Shown: in pieces, positions 20,334 through 29,060 of the stretch | How positions within the stretch are numbered: the first letter of the stretch is position 1 | How the letters are laid out: every line of letters starts with the position of its first letter | Assembly: GCA_947474435.1 (NCBI GenBank) | Contig: CANJII010000008.1 | Location: 139 to 64,138 of the forward strand | Direction: 5' to 3' | Length of the DNA: 64,000 bases | Source: Chitinophagaceae bacterium | GTDB lineage: Bacteria; Bacteroidota; Bacteroidia; Chitinophagales; UBA10324 | The notes under the pieces: generated by a model | Seen by the model: only the letters and a program-made list of their open reading frames with translations | Databases searched by the model: none | What the model was told of the DNA's origin: nothing | Position numbers and translations under genes: made by a program

Positions 20334-22208
20334 TCAACTCACAGCAAGAACCGGAATTTTAACAAGGTGTCGCACTCTTGAAATGGTTTCACCAAAAATA
20401 ATATCCTTCAAACCGCGATGGCCATGAGCTCCCATTACCAATAAATCAGCTTTAAATTCAAACACACTTTTGGCAATGGCAAAACTCCTTTTCCCATATC
20501 CCAAATCAAATGTTGCTTTGTACCCTTTATCAATTAATTCTTTGGTTACCTGAATTAAATGTTCAATGTCTTCTTGTTCTTCCTTATCTGAAATCTGATT
20601 TCCGATTAGTAATGCACCAGCTGATTCAAGTATGTGAATCAGATGATAGTCTGCTTGTTTTCCTCCTATGGAAAGTGCTTGCGAAATGGTATTACTGTCA
20701 TGTTTTGAAAAATCAAGTGTGATGGCAATTCGTTTGAATTGTTCCTTGCTTTGCAGCTCGGGTAAACTGAAATCATGAATTTTTATTTCCCTTTCTTTTC
20801 TTCTGAAAATAAATGGTCCGAAAGTGATATAGAGTAAAAGTATCGCAGCTATCAAAGCAACTGGTAATACAAAAACATAAATCCACCATGCATTATTGTA
20901 GTCAACCATCAATGATATTATTTCTTCGGAAACCAATTTTACATTCAGAGTTACAATCACCAAAGCTGAAACCCATGAAGCTAACTTCAACCAGAAGCCA
21001 ATGGCGAATTCACCCATTTTCTTTTTATCACTTACAAAATGTATGAGTGGAATTACGGCAAATCCAAGTTGCATGCTCAATATTACCTGGGATAAAATTA
21101 ATAAACTGCCGGTGGCGCCTTCGCCATAAAACCAGAGCACTAAAAAGGCGGGCACTACTGCCAGCATTCGTGTTATTAGGCGGCGCAACCATGGTGTAAT
21201 GCGAAGATTTAAATAACCCTCCATTATAATTTGTCCTGCTAAAGTTCCGGTGATGGTGCTGCTTTGTCCGCTTGCTATTAAGGCAACTGCGAATAAAATT
21301 GGTGCGAGAGATGAGCCAAGCAATGGTTCCAATAATTTGTGTGCATCATTTATATCGGCAATATCAAACATGCCTCGTGTAAAAAATACTGATGCAGCGA
21401 GAATAAGTATAGCTGCATTTACAAACAATGCAAGATTGAGTGCAATAGCAGAATCTATGATGTTAAATTTTATGGCCTTTCGCATTCCTATAACTGTGCG
21501 TTCAATTTTTCGTGTTTGCACCAATGAAGAATGCAGGTATAAATTGTGGGGCATTACTGTAGCACCAATAATTCCAATGGTTAAATAAAGTGCAGTGCCA
21601 TAAGGTATACTTGGGATAAATCCGGCGGCAATATCACCAACATCAGGTTTGGCCATTAATAATTCAACCAGAAAACTTCCACCCATTATCACCACCATTC
21701 CGATTATGAATACTTCCATTTTTCGAATACCGATGTTCATTAGTGTTAGAAGTATTAAGCAATCAAAGACAGCAATGGTTACTCCGCCAAGTAATGGAAT
21801 ATGAAACAACAGATTTAAACCGATAGCAAGTCCAAGTACTTCAGCGAGATCGCATGCAGCAATAGCAATTTCGGCAAGAATGTATAAGGGAATGTTGATT
21901 ATAGAGTGATACATTTCCTTCGATGCCTGCGCCAGATCGCGACCACGAACAATTCCTAACCGCACACAATGACTTTGTAAAAGCAATGCAATTAAATTCG
22001 ACATCAGCAGTACCCAAATGAGTTTGTAGCCATAGGCACTACCTGCTGCAATATCTGTTGCCCAGTTACCGGGATCCATGTAGCCAACACTTACCATGTA
22101 GGCCGGACCGAGAAAAGCAAACAGTGTTCGCCACCAGTTTTTATCCTTGGTTTCAACCGTAGAGTGAACTTCTTCGAGGGATTTGGTTGAAGTGTTTTTT
22201 GATATCAA
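20334..22208 (-). CDS. mntH: Nramp-family divalent metal (Mn2+/Fe2+) transporter fused to a C-terminal universal stress protein (USP) domain
   Basis: 624 aa. Nramp motifs GYMDPGNWATDIAAGS and MPHNLYLHS, with about 11 TM segments. The last ~140 aa (KRIAITLDFS...LLVMGAHGHRGLKDIIFGETISRVRHLVKIPVLAV) is a USP fold signature. Confidence 0.88.
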   Translation of the reverse strand: MISKNTSTKSLEEVHSTVETKDKNWWRTLFAFLGPAYMVSVGYMDPGNWATDIAAGSAYGYKLIWVLLMSNLIALLLQSHCVRLGIVRGRDLAQASKEMYHSIINIPLYILAEIAIAACDLAEVLGLAIGLNLLFHIPLLGGVTIAVFDCLILLTLMNIGIRKMEVFIIGMVVIMGGSFLVELLMAKPDVGDIAAGFIPSIPYGTALYLTIGIIGATVMPHNLYLHSSLVQTRKIERTVIGMRKAIKFNIIDSAIALNLALFVNAAILILAASVFFTRGMFDIADINDAHKLLEPLLGSSLAPILFAVALIASGQSSTITGTLAGQIIMEGYLNLRITPWLRRLITRMLAVVPAFLVLWFYGEGATGSLLILSQVILSMQLGFAVIPLIHFVSDKKKMGEFAIGFWLKLASWVSALVIVTLNVKLVSEEIISLMVDYNNAWWIYVFVLPVALIAAILLLYITFGPFIFRRKEREIKIHDFSLPELQSKEQFKRIAITLDFSKHDSNTISQALSIGGKQADYHLIHILESAGALLIGNQISDKEEQEDIEHLIQVTKELIDKGYKATFDLGYGKRSFAIAKSVFEFKADLLVMGAHGHRGLKDIIFGETISRVRHLVKIPVLAVS

Positions 22209-22861
22209 AATTGAACACTTATGTTGTTAGCAATTGAGGAACTTATATGCACTTTGCTTTTACCATTGATTAGTAAAAGCATGCTTTGGTCAAACGAATT
22301 TTTTTCTATCACTTTTAATTTTGAACCAATGCTGATTCCGATTTTACTCAGGTAGCGAAGCAATTCTGGTTGGTCGGTAACAAGATTTACGATGGCTTCT
22401 TTTTTTTCAGTAACATCAATCAACTTTTGTGAATCGGATTTTTTTATAATTCCTTTTTTATCAGGAATGGGATCGCCGTGCGGGTCAAAGCGTGGATGTT
22501 CGAGAAATGTATCTAGCCGTTCCACCAAAGTTTCTGATTGAATGTGCTCCAGTTGTTCAGCCACTTCATGAATTTCATCCCAACTGAATTTTAATTTCTC
22601 GACCAGAAAATATTCCCACAAGCGATGTTTACGAACAATCAGCAATGCCTGCTTTGTGCCTGAATCAGTTAGTGTTACACCATTGTATTTTTTATACCGG
22701 ATGAGTTTTTGTGCCGAAAGCTTCTTGAGCATTTCAGTGACCGATGCTGCCTTGGTTCCCAGTGAAGCTGCGATATCATTGGTGGTTACGGCATTGTTGC
22801 TTAGGCCCGCATGATGAAAAATTGTTTTCAAGTAATTTTCTTCTGAAGTGGTTTGTATCAT
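22205..22861 (-). CDS. mntR: DtxR/MntR-family metal-dependent transcriptional repressor with a FeoA/SH3-like C-terminal domain
   Basis: 218 aa. EENYLKTIF.., the wHTH, RKHRLWEYFL and HE.AEQLEH metal ligands. ATGA overlap with mntH. Confidence 0.85.
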   Translation of the reverse strand: MIQTTSEENYLKTIFHHAGLSNNAVTTNDIAASLGTKAASVTEMLKKLSAQKLIRYKKYNGVTLTDSGTKQALLIVRKHRLWEYFLVEKLKFSWDEIHEVAEQLEHIQSETLVERLDTFLEHPRFDPHGDPIPDKKGIIKKSDSQKLIDVTEKKEAIVNLVTDQPELLRYLSKIGISIGSKLKVIEKNSFDQSMLLLINGKSKVHISSSIANNISVQF

Positions 22862-22880
22862 TGGCTGATCTAAATATAAA

Positions 22881-22896
22881 TTTAGGCAAACCTAAA
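22881..22896. promoter_or_regulatory. Candidate MntR/DtxR operator (inverted repeat TTTAGG-N4-CCTAAA)
   Basis: Perfect 6-4-6 palindrome 20 nt upstream of the mntR start codon. TTAGG/CCTAA half-sites resemble DtxR-family boxes. Confidence 0.45.
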
Positions 22897-23083
22897 AATA
22901 ATATTACAAAGTCAAAAAAAATAAATTATATTGTATTATTTAATGATTTAAATAGTTCTTATGGAAAGTGAATTGCGAAAACTGAACTCACGAACATGGA
23001 TAAAAAAATTTATAATCGAATTTCATACAAACTTTCATCTTTCAACTAAAAACTTACATTTGATTCATCTAAAAAATCCCCCG

Positions 23084-24949
23084 ATGAAAAGAATAATTTT
23101 TGCATTGTTATTTATTACAAGTGCTTCAGTAAATGCTCAAAACCCTACAATCAGTTTAACAAGTTGGGTTACCGGTGTCACTCGCCCCATTGATGTGCAA
23201 AATTGCGGCGACGACCGCGTGTTTGTTGTTCGGCAGGGTGGTGTTATTCTTATATATGATACTGCCGGTGTTGTACTTGCGACTCCATTTCTCGATATTC
23301 AAACAATCGTCTATGATGTAAACAATGAGCAAGGTTTGCTCGGGCTTGCATTTGATCCGGACTATAAAAACAACGGATACTTTTATGTCAATTATATCAA
23401 TAACAGTCACAATACTAATATCTCAAGGTTTAGTGTTAGTGCCACTGATTCAAATGTAGCCGACCCTGCGAGTGAATTAATATTGAAAACTATATATCAG
23501 CCTTATAGTAATCACAATGGTGGGTGCGTGCGTTTTGGCCCCGATGGAATGTTATATGTTGGCATGGGTGATGGTGGCTATTTCGGCGACCCCGGAAATC
23601 GGGCTCAAAACCTGCATTCGCTGCTCGGTAAAATGTTGCGATTGAATGTACACGACAGTGCGGCGAATTATATTCCTTTAACAAATCCGTTTGCAAGTGA
23701 CACTTCAATCGGAAGCCCTGAAATATGGGATTTCGGAGTACGGAATCCATGGAGATTTAATTTTGATAAAGTTACCGGAAACCTTTGGATCGCAGATGTT
23801 GGGCAGGATACATGGGAAGAAGTGGATTTTGAACCATACGGCAGCAATGGGAATTTAAACTACGGTTGGCGTTGTAAAGAAGCAACACACGATTATAATA
23901 TTTCACAATGTGCAGGTATTTCAAATTTTGTTTCTCCGATTTGGGAGTATCATCATACACCGGCTTGTTCTATTTCAGGTGGTGTAGTTTATCGTTGTCC
24001 TGACAATGCCGCTTTATGGGGAAAATATTTATTCGCTGATTATTGCAGCGGCGAAATATGGTCGTTGTTAGAAAACGGGCAACCGATTTTTGAGTGTGAT
24101 ACTTTATTGGATTTTACTAATAATACTATTGCATCGTTTGGCGAAGACAAATGGGGACGAGTATATGTATGCGGCGAAGGCAACTCTACCATTTACCGTT
24201 TGAATGTAACATCACCTACCTGCAATCCGGTTGCCTTCATAGAACATTTAGGCGATACATTGGAAGTTTGTAATGGGGGAACTATTCACGCTTATGAATT
24301 TCCCGGTTTTCAATATGCTTGGACTTATAATGGTGTAAATGTGAATTCTAATTTACCAACTATACCTGTTGCAGGCCCCGGATATTATCAATTGACAGTA
24401 ACGCAAGGTGCCTGTACCGGAATTTCGGATTCAGTATTCGTAAATGTTCATTCCGTGAACCCTGTAATCAGTGGATTGCTTGGTTCTTACACCCAGGGCA
24501 GTTCTGCGGTAACACTTATAGGTACTCCATCAGGAGGTGTTTTCAGTGGGGCAGGTGTCACCGGAAATATTTTTGATCCATCTATAGCCGGAGTTGGAAC
24601 GCATGAAATATATTATACTTATACCGATGAAATCGGTTGTGAAGGAACTGATACCGCAATTACTTCAATTGTAAGTGGAATAAACGAATTGCCGGTTTTT
24701 AGTTCTTTAACCATTATTCCGAATCCTTCTTCAGGTGATTTTAATATTCGGATACAGGCTTTCAGAAATGAAAAAATTCAGTTTACAGTTTTAGATATTT
24801 CAGGAAGAGTGATTGATCAATATATCACTGAAATAAAAACAGGTGATAATAACATTAAGTTGAAAGTTAATTTAGAAGAAGGGGTTTATCTGTTGCAATG
24901 GAAATCATTAACCGAAACCGGTGTGAAAAGAATTATTATTCAAAAATAA
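23084..24949 (+). CDS. PQQ-dependent sugar (glucose/sorbosone) dehydrogenase-like beta-propeller with Ig-like spacer and T9SS CTD
   Basis: Trimmed to the ATG at 23084 (MKRIIFALLFITSASVNAQ). EQGLLGLAFDPDY and HNGGCVRFGPDGMLYVGMGDGG are typical of the sGDH family. The CTD reads IIPNPSSGDFNI...GVYLLQWKSLTETGVKRIIIQK. Confidence 0.8.
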   Translation: MKRIIFALLFITSASVNAQNPTISLTSWVTGVTRPIDVQNCGDDRVFVVRQGGVILIYDTAGVVLATPFLDIQTIVYDVNNEQGLLGLAFDPDYKNNGYFYVNYINNSHNTNISRFSVSATDSNVADPASELILKTIYQPYSNHNGGCVRFGPDGMLYVGMGDGGYFGDPGNRAQNLHSLLGKMLRLNVHDSAANYIPLTNPFASDTSIGSPEIWDFGVRNPWRFNFDKVTGNLWIADVGQDTWEEVDFEPYGSNGNLNYGWRCKEATHDYNISQCAGISNFVSPIWEYHHTPACSISGGVVYRCPDNAALWGKYLFADYCSGEIWSLLENGQPIFECDTLLDFTNNTIASFGEDKWGRVYVCGEGNSTIYRLNVTSPTCNPVAFIEHLGDTLEVCNGGTIHAYEFPGFQYAWTYNGVNVNSNLPTIPVAGPGYYQLTVTQGACTGISDSVFVNVHSVNPVISGLLGSYTQGSSAVTLIGTPSGGVFSGAGVTGNIFDPSIAGVGTHEIYYTYTDEIGCEGTDTAITSIVSGINELPVFSSLTIIPNPSSGDFNIRIQAFRNEKIQFTVLDISGRVIDQYITEIKTGDNNIKLKVNLEEGVYLLQWKSLTETGVKRIIIQK

Positions 24950-24959
24950 TTTTCAGGTG

Positions 24960-24995
24960 GTTGAAGTTCCGCTTCAGATGAAGTGGAACTTCAAC
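24960..24995 (+). terminator. Long hairpin downstream of the dehydrogenase gene (possible terminator, no T-tract)
   Basis: GTTGAAGTTCCGCTTCA-ga-TGAAGTGGAACTTCAAC. This is a 17-bp stem with one G-U pair, 11 nt after the stop. Confidence 0.35.
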
Positions 24996-25054
24996 ACTTA
25001 AAACTTTATTCAGAACGGCGATTTAGTATTCCTTCTTAAAACTATTTTCACCGC

Positions 25055-25798
25055 GTGAAAAAATTCGGTTACTTTTTTAAAGTAGTGTGGGCGTATTGGT
25101 ACTTCTTTGTTTTTGTGTTGGTATTTCTATTATTATTTCCATTCTTCTATATTCTGCTGAGTAATAAAAAAATGTATCCCGCCGCAAATAATCTTCGTCG
25201 GGTTTGGGCGTGGTTAATTTTTCTTTTCACTGGTATAATTTATTCCATCAAGCGCGAATCAAAACTAAAAAAAAATCAAGCATACATTTTTTGTCCCAAT
25301 CATACTTCGTATCTCGATATTCCATTGTTCGCCATGTGTTATCACGGACACTTCCGTTTCATGGCCAAGCTGGAATTAAGTAATATACCGCTGTTCAATA
25401 TTTTTTTCCGCACCATTGATATTTCAGTCAATCGCGGAAGCATTACCGAGAGTTACAAAGCATTGCGTATTGCAGCGGAGAGTATTGACAATGGTGACAG
25501 TTTGGTTATTTTTCCAGAAGGAAAAGTGGCGCATCATCCACCGAAACTCGAAAAATTTAAAGCCGGTCCGTTTAGGTTGGCAATTGAAAAACAAGTGCCG
25601 GTTGTGCCGGTTACTTTTTTAGATAACTGGAACATGTTGTTTGTAGATAAAAAGATTTGGGGTCGTCCGGGCGTTGCAAGAGCAATCGTTCACAAACCAA
25701 TTCCCACAATAGGATTAACTTTGAATGATATTGAAATTTTGCAGAAAAAAGTTCACGATATAATTGAAAACGCATTAAAAGAAAATGGAAGTAAATAA
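25055..25798 (+). CDS. plsC: 1-acyl-sn-glycerol-3-phosphate acyltransferase family protein
   Basis: 247 aa with a GTG start. HX4D motif NHTSYLD and a FPEGK block, with N-terminal TM segments. Confidence 0.85.
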   Translation: MKKFGYFFKVVWAYWYFFVFVLVFLLLFPFFYILLSNKKMYPAANNLRRVWAWLIFLFTGIIYSIKRESKLKKNQAYIFCPNHTSYLDIPLFAMCYHGHFRFMAKLELSNIPLFNIFFRTIDISVNRGSITESYKALRIAAESIDNGDSLVIFPEGKVAHHPPKLEKFKAGPFRLAIEKQVPVVPVTFLDNWNMLFVDKKIWGRPGVARAIVHKPIPTIGLTLNDIEILQKKVHDIIENALKENGSK

Positions 25799-26078
25799 CG
25801 AATTGATTGATAAGCTCGCGGTACTCGCAAGATTGGAATTTGATGATACTTCACGCGAAGCCATAAAAAAAGATTTGCAAAACATTTTGGGTTTTGTAGA
25901 AAAGATAAATGAATTACAATTGGATAATGTGGATGCGCTTATCTACATCACCGATGAAGTGAATGTGCTGCGCGATGATGAAGTGAAGCAAACCATCACG
26001 CACGAAGAAGCGATGATGAATGTGCCTGTGAAAGACAGTGATTATATTAAAGTACCAAAAGTTTTAAAAGGAAAATAA
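25785..26078 (+). CDS. gatC: Asp-tRNA(Asn)/Glu-tRNA(Gln) amidotransferase subunit C
   Basis: 97 aa. [12 protein letters not shown]..., KDL..IL.FVEK..E.. and the length are typical of GatC. Confidence 0.88.
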   Translation: MEVNNELIDKLAVLARLEFDDTSREAIKKDLQNILGFVEKINELQLDNVDALIYITDEVNVLRDDEVKQTITHEEAMMNVPVKDSDYIKVPKVLKGK

Positions 26079-26785
26079 TGGCTAAGGAAATTATCCGTCT
26101 GGAAAATGTATCGAAAAATTATGTGTTGGAACGAGTGGTGATTCCTGCATTAAAAAATGTAACACTCAGCGTAAGCAAAAACGAGTATGTTGCGTTGATG
26201 GGGCCATCAGGTTCTGGTAAATCAACACTCATGAATGTTTTGGGTTGCCTTGACACACTTTCATCAGGAAAATATTTTCTGAACGGAACTGATGTCAGTC
26301 ACATGAGCGATGACGAATTAGCGGTGATACGGAATAAAGAAATTGGTTTCGTGTTTCAAACATTCAATCTCTTACCGCGAATGACAGCGTTGGAAAATGT
26401 TGCATTGCCACTGGTGTACAACGGAACCAATCGCACAAACAGAACTAACAAAGCCTCGCAGATGCTTGATGCAGTTGGTTTGGCAGATAGAAAAGAACAC
26501 AAGCCAAATGAAATGAGCGGAGGACAAAAACAAAGAGTGGCCATTGCACGCGCACTGATAAATTCTCCGTCAATAATTCTGGCAGATGAACCAACAGGGA
26601 ATCTGGATAGTAAAACTTCGTATGAAATAATGTCGATTCTCGACAAGATTCATAAAGAAGGAAACACTGTAATAATTGTAACGCACGAAGAAGACATCTC
26701 AAGATTCGCGCATCGAATCATTCGCATGAAGGATGGAGAGGTTTCATCGGATGAAGTGAATGAGCACAGGACAATTTCTAATTAA
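26078..26785 (+). CDS. ABC transporter ATP-binding protein (MacB/LolD type)
   Basis: 235 aa. Walker [10 protein letters not shown], signature [15 protein letters not shown] and Walker [18 protein letters not shown] overlap with gatC. Confidence 0.9.
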   Translation: MAKEIIRLENVSKNYVLERVVIPALKNVTLSVSKNEYVALMGPSGSGKSTLMNVLGCLDTLSSGKYFLNGTDVSHMSDDELAVIRNKEIGFVFQTFNLLPRMTALENVALPLVYNGTNRTNRTNKASQMLDAVGLADRKEHKPNEMSGGQKQRVAIARALINSPSIILADEPTGNLDSKTSYEIMSILDKIHKEGNTVIIVTHEEDISRFAHRIIRMKDGEVSSDEVNEHRTISN

Positions 26786-26793
26786 AAAATTCT

Positions 26794-26867
26794 AAAATCA
26801 TAATTCGTTAATCGATGTTCGATATTCATTTCGATATTAAATTTCCAAAATCATAAATTGTTAATCG
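26794..26867. repeat. Intergenic direct repeats (two 21-nt copies plus a nested 9-nt pair)
   Basis: AAAATCATAATTCGTTAATCG (26794-26814) and AAAATCATAAATTGTTAATCG (26847-26867). TTCGATATT occurs twice between them. Confidence 0.8.
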
Positions 26868-26956
26868 GTATTCCCCGCCTGCTTTTAGGGCAAGGATATT
26901 TTTTATTTTCAAACGAATGAACCAATGAACAAATAAACCAATTAACTATTCTTCAA

Positions 26957-27505
26957 ATGAAAATCTATACCAAAAAAGGCGACACCGGAACCACACAGTT
27001 AATAGGAGGAACGCGAGTACCAAAAAATCATATCCGCATTGAAGCTTACGGAACGGTTGACGAGTTAAATTCTTTTATCGGTTTAACAAGCGACAGCATT
27101 GATGATAATAAGATCAAAGATTTATTGAAAGAAATTCAGGATCGTTTGTTCACTATTGGTTCAACACTCGCCAGCGACCCTGAGAAGTCAAACATGAAAA
27201 TTCCTGACCTGAAAGAAGAAGATGTGGTGCTGCTCGAGAGCGAAATGGATAAAATGAATGAGCGATTGCCCGAGATGAAATCATTTATTCTACCGGGCGG
27301 ATTAGCCGCAAATTCCATCTGTCACATTGCACGATGTGTGTGTCGCCGTGCTGAAAGATTAGCCGTTGCGCTTTCAGAAAATGAACCTGTTGAACCACTC
27401 GTTATTAAGTACTTGAACCGACTTTCCGACTATCTGTTTGTGCTCTCCCGCAAAATTTCTATGGATGCCGGAGCCGACGAAATCCCCTGGAAGCCACGAC
27501 TATAA
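26957..27505 (+). CDS. ATP:cob(I)alamin adenosyltransferase, PduO type
   Basis: 182 aa. MKIYTKKGDTGTT.L.GG.RV.K...R.EAYGTVDELNS is the family N-terminal signature. Confidence 0.9.
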   Translation: MKIYTKKGDTGTTQLIGGTRVPKNHIRIEAYGTVDELNSFIGLTSDSIDDNKIKDLLKEIQDRLFTIGSTLASDPEKSNMKIPDLKEEDVVLLESEMDKMNERLPEMKSFILPGGLAANSICHIARCVCRRAERLAVALSENEPVEPLVIKYLNRLSDYLFVLSRKISMDAGADEIPWKPRL

Positions 27506-27554
27506 AAGCTTTCAGCCTTATCCACACGCCCTGATATTCTCTTAAAAAAAACAT

Positions 27555-27584
27555 TTTGAGGTGTAAAGAATAAAGATACTTTTG
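27555..27584 (+). promoter_or_regulatory. Bacteroidota-type promoter (TTTG -33 / TACTTTTG -7)
   Basis: TTTG at 27555-27558 and a perfect TAnnTTTG at 27577-27584, 28 nt upstream of the ATG at 27612. Confidence 0.5.
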
Positions 27585-27611
27585 CGCAAAGTTAAAACCA
27601 CCTGAAAAATT

Positions 27612-27833
27612 ATGTTTTGGAGTCTTGAATTAGCATCTTATTTGGAAGAAGCGCCGTGGCCTGCCAGCAAGGATGAGCTGATTGATTATGCTATTCGAAG
27701 TGGTTCACCACAGGAGGTAATAGAAAATTTACAGGAGTTGGAAGACGAGGGTGAATTGTACGAAGGCATTGAAGACATCTGGCCTGATTATCCTACTCAC
27801 GATGATTTCTTCTTCAACGAAGATGAATACTGA
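27612..27833 (+). CDS. DUF2795-like small acidic protein
   Basis: 73 aa. ..WPASKDELIDYAIRSGSPQEVIENLQEL.. matches my memory of the DUF2795 pattern. Confidence 0.65.
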   Translation: MFWSLELASYLEEAPWPASKDELIDYAIRSGSPQEVIENLQELEDEGELYEGIEDIWPDYPTHDDFFFNEDEY

Positions 27834-27857
27834 TTGAATAAAAAAATCAATTGAACG

Positions 27858-27893
27858 AAAGCGCTCCGATAATTTCAGGGCGCTTTTTTTTTT
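27858..27893 (+). terminator. Rho-independent terminator
   Basis: AAAGCGC-N15-GCGCTTT followed by a 10-nt T-run. Confidence 0.65.
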
Positions 27894-27926
27894 CATACTT
27901 TGCAATTATTCAACAACAAATAAAAA

Positions 27927-28946
27927 ATGAAATCAATCTACTTAACCAGATTCGGAAAACCTGAACAAGCTTTTGAAATTCGGGAAACAAAAACTCCTGT
28001 TTGTAAGAATGATGAAGTATTGATTAAAGTGGATGCATTCGGTTTGAATTTCGCTGATGTGATGGCACGAAAAGGATTGTATAATGATTGTCCACCATTG
28101 CCATGTGTTTTAGGATATGATGTTGTTGGAAGAATTGAAGCAATTGGAAAAAATGTAAGTGTTATCAATGTAAATGACAGAGTGATTTCACTCACCCGTT
28201 TCGGAGGTTATGCTGAATATGTTATTGCTGATGCAAGAGCAGTTGTAAAAATTTCAGAAGATATGTCTGCAACTTTTGCTGCTTCGTTAGCTACTCAATA
28301 TTGCACAGCTTATTTCGCGGCAATGGAAGCAACAAAAATTTCTGAAGGTGAAATTGTTTTGGTTCATGCAGCAGCCGGTGGTGTAGGCACTGCATTGGTT
28401 CAGCTTTTGAAATTGCGAAAGGCAATTATTATCGGAACCTGTAGTTCTGATGAAAAAGTAAATTACCTGCGAACACTCGGAGTGCAGCATCCGATTAATT
28501 ATAAAACCAGTGATTACAAAATTGAAATCAAAAAAATTATAGGGGATAAAAAATTAGATGCGGTTTTTGATTCGCTCGGAGGGAAGTATATCAGGGACGG
28601 TATGAAGCTGCTTGGACCCTGCGGAAGAATGATTTGTTTCGGCGGTGCGGAGTTAAACAGTTCGAAGAATATTTTTTCACGATGGCGGAAAATAATTCAG
28701 TTTGGCTTTTATCATCCCGGAATTATGATGATGCAGTCAAAAGCAATTATCGGAGTCAACATGTTAAAAGTCGGGGATAACAAACCTCAAATTCTAAAGC
28801 GTGTACTGACTGAAGTTGTTTCTCTTGCCGAAAAAGGATTGATAAAACCCGCAGGAGGAAAAGAATTTGCAGTCGCTGATTTAGCATCAGCACACAATGC
28901 GTTAGAAAGCAGAACTACAATTGGGAAAATTGTTGTGAAGTGGTAA
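27927..28946 (+). CDS. Medium-chain dehydrogenase/reductase (quinone oxidoreductase / VAT-1-like)
   Basis: 339 aa. GLNFADV..R.G.Y, the nucleotide motif VHAAAGGVGTA and C-terminal GKIVV. Confidence 0.8.
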   Translation: MKSIYLTRFGKPEQAFEIRETKTPVCKNDEVLIKVDAFGLNFADVMARKGLYNDCPPLPCVLGYDVVGRIEAIGKNVSVINVNDRVISLTRFGGYAEYVIADARAVVKISEDMSATFAASLATQYCTAYFAAMEATKISEGEIVLVHAAAGGVGTALVQLLKLRKAIIIGTCSSDEKVNYLRTLGVQHPINYKTSDYKIEIKKIIGDKKLDAVFDSLGGKYIRDGMKLLGPCGRMICFGGAELNSSKNIFSRWRKIIQFGFYHPGIMMMQSKAIIGVNMLKVGDNKPQILKRVLTEVVSLAEKGLIKPAGGKEFAVADLASAHNALESRTTIGKIVVKW

Positions 28947-28964
28947 AGCAAAAAGAAATTATTT

Positions 28965-28978
28965 CTTGTTCCTTGTTC
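28965..28978. repeat. Tandem 7-mer stutter (CTTGTTC x2) just 3' of a stop codon
   Basis: CTTGTTCCTTGTTC, 19 nt after the stop at 28946. It resembles the other post-stop stutters listed in the findings. Confidence 0.7.
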
Positions 28979-29060
28979 TTTTTTGGTGTTCTATATTTTC
29001 AACTCAAACAAATATAACCGCACTACTCCCTTGCTTGAAGTTTTCTCCATAAGATTTATT

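Noticed and set aside
2518-23083. Long N-terminal extensions of track ORFs (2518, 6270, 14264, 15005, 15975, 18512, 20326, 22961 starts)
   Set aside because: The extensions overlap upstream genes or terminators and lack coding character. Internal ATGs immediately precede canonical signal peptides or conserved N termini, so the shorter models were used.
26786-26956. Cobalamin riboswitch upstream of the PduO-type adenosyltransferase
   Set aside because: There is no B12-box-like core and no multi-helix potential visible. The spacer is too short and is dominated by AT-rich direct repeats.
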